From Schizochytrium sp. TIO01 (taxonomy: Eukaryota > Protista > Bigyra: Labyrinthulomycetes): 64,000 nucleotides of DNA. Made by a program: the position numbers and the translations under genes. Numbering within the stretch: the first letter of the stretch is position 1; each line of letters starts with the position of its first letter. The DNA lies in assembly GCA_004764695.1 (NCBI GenBank), contig SMSO01000034.1:1488001-1552000 (forward strand), in the 5' to 3' direction. Below are positions 1-9,195 of the stretch, piece by piece. The notes beneath the pieces are model-generated. The model worked only from the letters and a program-made list of their open reading frames with translations, searched no databases and was not told the origin of the DNA.

Positions 1-1396
1 ACGGCAGTTCATAATAAGTCATTGCACGGAACGCACGTGCCCAAGCTTCGAATACGATACCACTCACAGGGTCTTTGCACGAGTACGCATGAATTTGAAG
101 CATATCTGCAAGTTTTTGCTCAGTCTCCCCAGCACCAGGTAAAACCATTGGTGTATACAATACATTGCGAATTCGATGCACAGAACTCCAATATCGTCGT
201 TCCATATCTTCCAAGAGGGCATCAACTGGTGAAGTAAAAAGAACACTCACTGGTACCTGCTCGTGAGATATCAACGTCTCAGACCTTAAAGAGTCACTTT
301 TATCCTCCTCAATATGAAAGAAATGAGCTCCTTTGCCAGATGGTTCGCCCCACGAGCGTGGAGAGATACTTTTAACATTAGCACGGAAGATTGGGGCTGT
401 TTCTGAATATGCTAGTAACTGCTCCAGGTCTGTAAAAATATGCGTTTGAAACATTCGCATAAGGCCCTCCAGCTGTCGAATCTGTGCGTGTGAAAGGATA
501 AGTATATCCGACCCCGCAGAGAAAACAATCTCGTCATCCACTGAGCCTGAGCAGACAACAAGATCCACCTGGGCATTTCTTAAGCTTGACAGAATACGAT
601 TTACACGATGTGTGGTAAGTGGTGCATTCGATTGAAATAGTGCCGGTCCAACGGTAGCAACGAGTTGAGGATCCAATCGGGCAGCTTGGTGTGATCCAAG
701 GTCTGCAGAACGAAGTGAAAGACTGTTCCTAAGCAAAGCAATTCGACGAATCTTAAAAGGCCCGCCGCGATCAATCCAAGTCTGTACTGTGGCCTGATTA
801 GAAGGTAAAAGCAGGCCTGGAAAGACGTGTACATTTCTAGTAAATCCAGATTTCACTCTGTGAAGCAAAATTGCTCCAGTATCACAAAACCCGTTGTCTA
901 AGCTGAGACGACGTACAGTCTTGACAGCTGCATCGTGCACACTGTCTTCATCAGGACCATGTCGAAGTGCTTCTAAACTGGTTGGGTCATCAAGCACGTT
1001 CTTGCAATTCTTGGCAAGTTTCTCTAATAGAAACGCAAGCACAATGCTCGCTACTTCGTGATTAGACTGCGCAATGCGAGAAGGTGCTATTGAATATGTA
1101 TGCCTCACATATGATATTTGAGTGCACAGCTCCCTAATTAATGCAAGCATAGAAGATACTCCACAACCACATTGTTGACGATGGTCAGTGCAAGCCCGAT
1201 AGAGCAGATCTCCGGCACGAGTTGACGCACATGTAACTTGAAGAACCTCAAGCGGATCAGCCGTGAGGCTTGAATTCAATGTTTTTGGATCGACGACAGC
1301 TTTCCAGCACCTATGCGGCCCATAAAAGCCACGACATGCTTCACATAAGGCTCGAATTTGGACAAGTGTGAAATCAGTTTTGCTCGACGGGTTCAT
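1..1396 (-). CDS. BBS12: Chaperonin-like BBS12-family protein (3' end runs off window)
   Basis: Not in the ORF track because it has no stop in the window. Manual translation from ATG 1396 is open to base 1: MNPSSKTDFTLVQIRALCEACRGFYGPHRCWKAVVD...AGDLLYRACTDHRQQCGCGVSSMLAL...ALRHG...RIALLRNSL...VDLVVCSGSV...VSVLFTSPVDALLEDMERRYWSSVHRIRNVLYTPMVLPGAGETE. These blocks are colinear with recalled BBS12 motifs (FLGP..K, GLSHG, VNLVLVQG, VLTNPV...EDRFW..., FLGGGAVE). Confidence 0.75.
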   Translation of the reverse strand, partial: MNPSSKTDFTLVQIRALCEACRGFYGPHRCWKAVVDPKTLNSSLTADPLEVLQVTCASTRAGDLLYRACTDHRQQCGCGVSSMLALIRELCTQISYVRHTYSIAPSRIAQSNHEVASIVLAFLLEKLAKNCKNVLDDPTSLEALRHGPDEDSVHDAAVKTVRRLSLDNGFCDTGAILLHRVKSGFTRNVHVFPGLLLPSNQATVQTWIDRGGPFKIRRIALLRNSLSLRSADLGSHQAARLDPQLVATVGPALFQSNAPLTTHRVNRILSSLRNAQVDLVVCSGSVDDEIVFSAGSDILILSHAQIRQLEGLMRMFQTHIFTDLEQLLAYSETAPIFRANVKSISPRSWGEPSGKGAHFFHIEEDKSDSLRSETLISHEQVPVSVLFTSPVDALLEDMERRYWSSVHRIRNVLYTPMVLPGAGETEQKLADMLQIHAYSCKDPVSGIVFEAWARAFRAMTYYELP

Positions 1397-1476
1397 CTCA
1401 GAGCTTGCGTGTATAGAATTGAAATTCTGATTTGCTGGCGACCGTGAACAAAACTGATAGCGCAGAGCACTATGAC

Positions 1477-1677
1477 TTATTCTTTAAACCACGACTGAAT
1501 GGGTTGTACCACCGATTCCGTTGCGCGGTCTTGTTTTTCCTTGGCCTTGCTGATGGCCACAGCCGTGGTCTCCAAAGTTCTCGACAGTTTGTCGATGCGG
1601 GCACGCACCGCTGCGAGCGAGACAAGGGCAGTCGAGGCTTCCTCTGCCGTGAGCTGGGCGTCACCACTCGAGCTCAT
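1477..1677 (-). CDS. Small coiled-coil protein (66 aa from ATG 1677; alternative ATG 1755)
   Basis: ORF 1477..1755 with coding-like composition and a helical heptad pattern (AAVRARIDKLSRTLETTAVAISKAKEKQ). Stop lies 80 bp upstream of the BBS12-like ATG. Confidence 0.45.
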   Translation of the reverse strand: MSSSGDAQLTAEEASTALVSLAAVRARIDKLSRTLETTAVAISKAKEKQDRATESVVQPIQSWFKE

Positions 1678-2519
1678 TGCCAATTTCTGCGAGCTCCAGC
1701 CTTGCTTGACCCGTAATGAAAGCTGCAATAACTGTTCTGGGTGAATGAGAGTCATCGTTGGAATCTATTGCTCTCTAGAGATGTAAAACCATTTTTTTCT
1801 AATTTGCCATTTACTTTTCGAGCAGCTCATTTATTCTTTTACTCCTAATTAATGCACCTTTATTTTAAAGGCTGCATCATTGAAAAGTCGCGAAGTCGAG
1901 CCAAAGACACAGAGTCCGAGCGAGACCTGTGCGTATGCAAGCGAAAACATCATTGTTAACCTTTTTCGTGTAACAATTTCTCAAAAAAAAAATTAAAATC
2001 ATTAAACTAGGAGTCAAAATCAATTTCATTCCAGACTCATATTTTTCTAAAACAGGAAATCAACATCGAGTCTACAGGAAGACTCACAGGCAGGTTCTCT
2101 CCTTTATGTCCTCGTAGCCAGCTGCGCTTGTTTGGAATAAGCAAGATATACACCAACATGTGCCAGATTTTGACGAGTTTGTAGGTACCGCATCTTAGTG
2201 ATCACATGTTTTTTTGGGCCTCTTTCAGTTCCTGTAATGTCATTTTCTCTACGGTTAGACCTCTTTTTGATCCAGTTTTACGACTTTCGATACACAGTAG
2301 GAGATTCATATAGATAGTGGTAGTACATACTAGAAAAACTAAACTCTATTTTTAATTTTGTTTCTTTAGAAAGAAAGTTGAATCGCTAAATTGCAATGCA
2401 GCAATTATTGGAGTACTCGACGTACCCGACGACGGACCTCGCGTCAGGCCTGCGGCGGAGCCACCAAAGCCGTACGAGGGCGGCAAAACCGCTGACGTGG
2501 GTCTTAAAGAGTTCGCAGG

Positions 2520-4568
2520 ATGGAGTCTCGGGTCCTGGCAGTGAAGTCTGCCCTCGCCGAGGCCGGATGGAGTAGTCTTGGAGACGACGTGCATGGCGCT
2601 CCAACTAGCCGCGATAACGGTGTGCGCTCACTCACAGGGGCAGAAATAAACGCCCTCGAGGCAAGTGGAAACTCATGCGGACCTGAAGGGTGGAGCTTTT
2701 GCGTGCATGTACGAGAAGGCTTTGATGTACGTGCCATCAAGGGCTGCCTCTTCTTGGGACAAAATGTCCTGGGTAAGCTCGACTCGAGCTGCACGGGTCA
2801 CCGCGGCCTGCCAGCAGGAATATACTACTCTACCCTGAAAGATTGTTTCGTCGATGACAATGCTCGCATATCCCACTGTGAGCTCGTGCAGGAGACCTTT
2901 GTTGGAGCGAAAGCATGCATTTCAAGGTGCGGGACTCTAACGCGGAAGACAGCATGTTCATCGATCCCCAATATGGTAGTGGAGAGGAAGCCATCTACTT
3001 TTGGGAATGGCGGAGATATCCCTGTTGTCATTGGCACTGGGGGTCGCGATGTCAGAGTGTATGCAGAAATGGATCTTGAGGAGGCTTGTGCTGTGGCCGC
3101 GAATCGCCATGATAAGTCGCTCCAAGAGGCACACTTGAAACGCGTAAGGGAGTTTATGGATAATATTGCACTACCGATGAACATTGTTGACCAATGTGCA
3201 GCAGTGGAATCATGTGTATATCTCTCTGATGTGTTTGTTGGAGAAGCTGCAGAAATTAGCGGCTCTCATATGGAGAATGTCACGGTCCTGTCTAGTGCTG
3301 CGGAGCCGACTGTGGTACGCGCAGGAGCAGATGTGCGGAATTCAATTCTTCAATGGAAAGTCAAAGTTGATAGTCAAAGTGTGGTAAGCAACTCATTTAT
3401 GTGTGTTTGTAGTCATGCCGAACGGCATGGCAAGTTGCTTGACTCCATTCTTGGGCCATACTCTGGAGTTGCCGAAGGTGAGATCTCGGAAAGTCTTGTC
3501 GGTCCTTTTGTGGGATTCCATCACCAAGCCTTGCTGATTGCAAGCTACTGGCCTGCAGGTCGCGGCAATGTAGGCTATGGTGCCAATGTTGGTAGTAACC
3601 ACACAGGAAAGGCACCTGACCAGGAACTATGGCATGGTGAAGGGGTTTTCTATGGTCTGGGCTGTTGTGTAAAGTTTCCCTCGGACTTCTCAAGGGCGCC
3701 CTACACATTAGTTGCGACTGGAGTGACAACTTTGCCTCAGCGAGTAACCATGCCCTTTTCTTTAATCAGTGGTCCGCAACATGTTCCAGAGGGTTTAAGT
3801 CCTGCTATCAACCAGATTTTCCCTGGTTGGGTACTGTCACAGAACATGTATTCGGTAATGCGAAATGAATTCAAGTACAAGGATCGCGCTAACAAGACTA
3901 GTCGTGTCACAATTCGTTATCAGGTGCTGCGTCCTCAAATCATTGCTATGATGCGTACCGCCCGTGATGAGCTCTTACTCAACAAGGTGAATAACGATAG
4001 TGATCCGAAAGGCCAAAGAGTGTACACAGACCGCGATTTCCCAGGACTAGGGAAAAATTTTATGACCGAAAGTTCTCGCCAAGAGGCTGTAGAGGCATTT
4101 ACCCATTTTATGATCTTTTTTGCGGCACGTGAAGTTTTCCATAGCGTTTGTCGCGAAGGAGCCGTTCAGATAGTTGATGATGCTCTGGCAGAACCGGTGC
4201 AGGGATACTCAGTTGTCGAACCTACCATGGACTACATTGACACGGGTACTCATCCCGATTCACCTGAGTCAATTGCTGAGGCTTGGTTTCTTGCTAGCAC
4301 GATCCTTCATGTAGAGGCAGAAGAATTACTAGCAAGTGGAGTTAAGGGCATTCTATCTTGGTACCGCGACGCTCTCTGGCAATTAGAAGAGCGTGTACGC
4401 GTATCCAAGAAGAAGGACGAATCACGAGGAAAACGTATTATTCCTGGTTATATGGATGCCCATGGTACTGTTGACGAAGATGATAAGGTTGTCCGACGCC
4501 TCCGCGAGGAGACTGAGCGCACTTGCGCTCGCATTGACGATATATTGGCGGGGTTTCCACGCCTTTAA
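2520..4568 (+). CDS. DUF4954-family / trimeric LpxA-like (left-handed beta-helix) protein
   Basis: 682-aa ORF with hexapeptide-like repeats (STLKDCFVDDNARISHCELV) and the conserved block GPFVGFHHQALLIASYWPAGRGNVGYGANVGSNHTGKAPDQE...GEGVFYGLG..VKFP. Confidence 0.7.
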   Translation: MESRVLAVKSALAEAGWSSLGDDVHGAPTSRDNGVRSLTGAEINALEASGNSCGPEGWSFCVHVREGFDVRAIKGCLFLGQNVLGKLDSSCTGHRGLPAGIYYSTLKDCFVDDNARISHCELVQETFVGAKACISRCGTLTRKTACSSIPNMVVERKPSTFGNGGDIPVVIGTGGRDVRVYAEMDLEEACAVAANRHDKSLQEAHLKRVREFMDNIALPMNIVDQCAAVESCVYLSDVFVGEAAEISGSHMENVTVLSSAAEPTVVRAGADVRNSILQWKVKVDSQSVVSNSFMCVCSHAERHGKLLDSILGPYSGVAEGEISESLVGPFVGFHHQALLIASYWPAGRGNVGYGANVGSNHTGKAPDQELWHGEGVFYGLGCCVKFPSDFSRAPYTLVATGVTTLPQRVTMPFSLISGPQHVPEGLSPAINQIFPGWVLSQNMYSVMRNEFKYKDRANKTSRVTIRYQVLRPQIIAMMRTARDELLLNKVNNDSDPKGQRVYTDRDFPGLGKNFMTESSRQEAVEAFTHFMIFFAAREVFHSVCREGAVQIVDDALAEPVQGYSVVEPTMDYIDTGTHPDSPESIAEAWFLASTILHVEAEELLASGVKGILSWYRDALWQLEERVRVSKKKDESRGKRIIPGYMDAHGTVDEDDKVVRRLREETERTCARIDDILAGFPRL

Positions 4569-5225
4569 AAAACATAAAGTTAATTTGTTCTTTTACTTTG
4601 AATTTCCCATTCTTCGGATCGTTCGTTGGTGAAACCATCCATGAATCCTTCACTACAGCTAACAGTCTGCAGCTAGAAATGAAAGCAGCACTTACGCATC
4701 ATTCTTCAGCTCGCGAACAATCAAAATTCAACTAAGATTCTGTAGAGAAAATATGTGGGGGCAAGACTGTGTCAGAGTTTCAAGAAAGGGAGAAGAAAAA
4801 AACATGAGTGATGTCTATACACTGCAATGCAAATAATATACAGGCAAGGAGAATGTATGAGGACGCAGAGCAAACCCGAATCGTGTTGCTTTTTCTAGAA
4901 GCAGCAAGGCGGATTGCCATGAACACGGCGTGTGGAAACGCTATGTGCATCTGGTAAGCTGTGGAACTGCCACAGCGAGCAAAATTGAGCGGCTGTAAGA
5001 GCCTTGAATGCTCTCTGGTCGCTCAGAGTATCTCGTCTTTAGATGATAACGCACATCATCCGTTGATTTGTAAATCGACTGCACGGATTGAGCTCCAAAC
5101 ACGTAGAAAGGGAGTGGGGCGAAAAGACAATGGATTACAACCAAAGGTGAGAGTGCGGGCGCAAGAGAAGTAGAGGAACAGATGCTTGGCATAGGCCGCA
5201 TCGTCTGGGAGAAGTGTCTACTAAT

Positions 5226-5720
5226 TCAAAAGTAGGTGGATGCCCTCCTGCTGAAAGAGCTTCGCCTGCGGTTAGCACACTCTACCTCCTTGCCGTCGAG
5301 AGTGAGCCCGAGGCGCTTTGCAGATTTGCGAGTAAGCGAACGACGCTCAGCTGCTGTGAGGTTGGTAGAACGGCCCTTTGAAGAGGAAGACTTGTTAGAC
5401 GGGAGATCGCGAGCAATGTCATCCTGTTCGTCAAAGTCATCGTCCGTCTCAACATGCTCGTGCTCAACATCCTCTAGACCAGTCTCGCTTTCGCGCGGGC
5501 TGTTGGAGCGCTTGCTTGAGGAGAAGATTGAAAAGGAGCGAGCACTCTTGAGCTTACTTAGATAGCTACCTGATGAAGGTCTCGACCAGCTGCTTCCACT
5601 GCTGCGGTTTGAGGAGGGCTCCTCATGAAGAGTGGCGTCCTCGTACATGGCAAATCCAGACGGTGCAGCAGTCTGTACTGCGAGGCTCGAGCCGCTAGAC
5701 CACTTGGCTTGCGTCTTCAT
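5226..5720 (-). CDS. Ser-rich, disordered hypothetical protein (164 aa)
   Basis: ATG-initiated ORF preceded by AAA context, with coding-like GC and flanked by non-coding sequence. No domain recognised. Confidence 0.55.
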   Translation of the reverse strand: MKTQAKWSSGSSLAVQTAAPSGFAMYEDATLHEEPSSNRSSGSSWSRPSSGSYLSKLKSARSFSIFSSSKRSNSPRESETGLEDVEHEHVETDDDFDEQDDIARDLPSNKSSSSKGRSTNLTAAERRSLTRKSAKRLGLTLDGKEVECANRRRSSFSRRASTYF

Positions 5721-7556
5721 TTTCCTTTTCCGACTACGTTTCCCTCACTCCAGCTGCTCCACGAAATTTGGATTTGTAGTACCTCAAAGTTAATATATGC
5801 GTAATGCGGGAATGTTCAAGCTGTCGCCGAGGAAATGAAGACTTCCTTCCTCCGGTGCACGTGAAATCTCAAGCTAAGTTAAAACCAGACAGTAGAAACG
5901 GTGCACGTGCCGCTGTAGTCTACTAGGGCTTGCGGTCGGCGCTTGTTGTGACCCGGAACTGTGTCGCTCTGATAGCGGCAGCAGCAGAAGCACTAGCGTT
6001 TCTGGGCTGGGCCTTGAGCAGCTGGGATGTTGCGATTCTGCTTTCGTGCAGCGGGCTCGTGCCACCGCGGATCGATTGATGATTGCTCAAGTGAGCAATA
6101 CTGGGATGTCTTGTGTGAGAAATTGTAAAAGACAGACAGAAAAATAGTTGAAAAGAAACCTTGCTACGGCTTACTAACATCTCACTAATCACTCACACCC
6201 TGGCTGGCACTTTTTTGGTAATTTCAATTGAGAGATAACATTAATAAACAATTTTTCACTTTTAAAAACAAACTTTTTTTAAATCATTGAAAGAGAGTCT
6301 TTTATTAAATTTTGTTTTGGTTATGATTGTGATTCTTTACCATCCTCCTCCTGCACCAAGAGAACGTTAAGCTGCCAATCAGCAAATAGAGATAATCTTC
6401 TCACTTCGTCGTTGCTTCTTCTCAGGCACTTCTGAAGTCCTTCTTCGCCGGTCTCGCTCTTTTTCATAGTGGGCCCATAGCAGCTACTCTTAAGAGGGTC
6501 ACCCTCTTGAACTCAGAAACAGCGAGCTCCTCGCACTATTTAATTATTATTAGTAGTATTAGAATTAGTATTATTTGCAAAGCAGGAAGGTACTTCCCTA
6601 ACCTAATAGTACTCCCTAGTTGAGGGTATAATAGAGAATTTCTTTCCACAATGTGTTGAAAGGACTACTACATAAAGCGACGTACCATCATGTCTTCATC
6701 AGTGTCGCCTTGAGAAGAGATTTATCCTCCCGTGGTATGTAGACACACAGTAGCACCCATCACCTTGCATGCAAGCTGTCGTTCCCTGAAGAATTAAGCT
6801 CAACCAACTATCATGATTCTGATATGCTAAGAATGTCTTCTGTTGAAGGTAGAACCGGAACCCACTAACTAAGGAGGTATCTGCTTTAGTTGTAATTTAA
6901 AACTTTTATTTTTTTAATTAGTTGAGAAAATATTCTCTACTACTGGCGACCACCTAAGACAAAGTGGCCCCCAAAATCTTGCGATGTAGAAGGTAAAACC
7001 TTTCGGGAAAGGCCCAATGCCCTCGCTCACGCTCTGATAAGAAGGGCCTCTCAATGGGCATTGGGCTCCTCGCTCTCATCCTCCATGGTGTGGACTCTCC
7101 TTTCTTCAAGCTGATTGCTTAGACCTTTGGCTTGCGAGTGAAGATTTCAGCCTCTGCACTTTCAGAGAGAATTAATGTCTGAATGAAAACAGTTTTATTT
7201 TATGTTTTTATTAAGTTAGCTAGTATCTACTTACCTACCTACTTACCTGGTCTACGAAATATACGATTAAAACTTTTTTGTATGCATTTTGCCTCTTTTT
7301 CTTTTCCTTTAAAAAAAGAAAAAGGAAAAAAAAAAAGAAGAAAAAAGCAATTGGAGATGAGAACGACTACTTCAAGAAGATGACTGACGATTCCGCCTTC
7401 TAGGAGTATATCACACTGCAAGTCTTGGTTCTCACTCTGGGATCCCGGCGGCCGATCTCATTCATTTCGAGCACGTCACCACAAATAAAAAGACCTAGGC
7501 ACTTTTTTTCCCGATACAGATTCCATAGGAATTACTTTGATCCTGTATGATTCTTT

Positions 7557-7581
7557 TATTATTATTATTATTATTATTATT
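7557..7581. repeat. (ATT)n microsatellite
   Basis: About 8 tandem ATT units seen directly. Confidence 0.9.
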
Positions 7582-9048
7582 TAAAGAATTATAAATTGAG
7601 AGTCCGTACTACGTTCCTGCATCAGTTTACGTGGCACGCGTCTCCCTTGCAGGCGTGTGTATATGTGCCGCGACAGCTTCTGTAGCCTCAATTTCCGCAA
7701 GTGAGTCCGAGACGTTGAGTCCCATGGCTGCTCGCATGGTTCTTGCAACTTGGATGATGGTCGATTGCTAGCACGTGCCGATTATCTGCTCGCAAGAGAT
7801 CTCCATTCCCAGACCATCGAAATGATCATCAATAAATAGCGACACCGATCGATTGCACAAATGTCCACCGTGGCGAGAAGATTTCAATCGGATAATGGGT
7901 CCTACCTACCTATGTGTCCATCTACTAGCTAGGACGAGAGGAAATGAATATGCAGAGACTATGATAACCGGTATCGAGGCGAGATTTTCATCACCTTGCG
8001 GCACCTTGAGGTAATTCTTGTCGTGGGATAAATAGGTACGTACCTGCCTAGTAGCTTAAGTCAGTAGCACAACCATGCCTAAGGAGCCCAATTCAACTGC
8101 ACTCTACGAAGTTTGTACCCTGATTTCCTAGAGAGCAGCAATCTTGACAACGACTGCCTGTCAAAATATTTTAGTTTTATTCTACCGTCATATTTGTACA
8201 TATTTAATTAAAATAATAATAGTAATAATACTAATGGTGACTATTTTTATTTTTTTTAACAATAAAGATTAAAAAACAGATTAGAAAAAGATCATAGTCA
8301 TCTCATTTGAAATAGAATAAAAAGTGTAATCTGTGTGCCTACGAGCTGATGATTATTGCACACGTCTGGTAGACCCCCATCACGAGTGAATCTAAAGCTT
8401 AGCGGCAGGAGCCACGGCAAGAATCTGAGAGATAGCGTGCGCATGAATGAGTAAATTCAAGAGGCATGAATGGGAATCGTGAGCAGGAAAGGAATTGCGA
8501 GCAAAACTTCGCATCATACGAAAAGATATAGCAAATCCACTCTTTAAGTCAATTTTGAAACCTATTAGAATGAGAAGAGATGCTTCCAAAAGCTTCGGCC
8601 TTCCCCCCTTTGTCGCGCTTCCTACACGAGTTCAATGCGCGTGCACCGAAAGCAGGAAGAACCCTTCATGAAACAAATGAAGAATCATCATCAACATCAT
8701 CATCATCAGAATCGCAATCATCCTAAAAATCCCATTGGGATAGTTAGTAGGTAGCGCTCTACATACTTACGTACGCCCTCAACATTTTGATGATAGTTTT
8801 GTGATGATCTGCAAAAGAGATTATGAGAACCGCACATAAATGGTGCCAGCAGCATGGTATATAAAAGGGAACTTAAAGAATGAAATTTTTGCCATTTAAT
8901 TATCAAGTGGGTATATTATTTGAAGCTTGAATAGAAAGTTGTTCGTTCTTCGAATACCTTTCAAAGTAGCTAGTGCTTGCGTTGCTTATTCTACATATAC
9001 ATACCTACAACCTGAGGCAAAGAGTTCTGACGCATGGTTTTGAGCCCG

Positions 9049-9195
9049 ACGCACTCCCACTACTCAGAGGTAATAAGTTTTGATCTCTTAGTTTGTTAAA
9101 CCGCGGCTCATTTGAGCTCGAAGCTCGCCTTCAACATATGGTCAAGAACATTACGCACTCTCACTACTCAGAGGTAATAAGTTGAAATCTCTTAG
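9049..9195. repeat. 43-bp direct repeat pair (9049-9091, 9153-9195)
   Basis: acgcactc[c/t]cactactcagaggtaataagtt[ttg/gaa]atctcttag, 39/43 identical. Confidence 0.9.

Noticed and set aside
7035-7050. Hammerhead ribozyme core in the hairpin loop
   Set aside because: CTGATAA does not match CUGAnGA and there is no correctly placed GAAA or stems.
9049-9195. Repeat-spacer-repeat as mini-CRISPR
   Set aside because: Only two imperfect copies, eukaryotic context and no cas genes.
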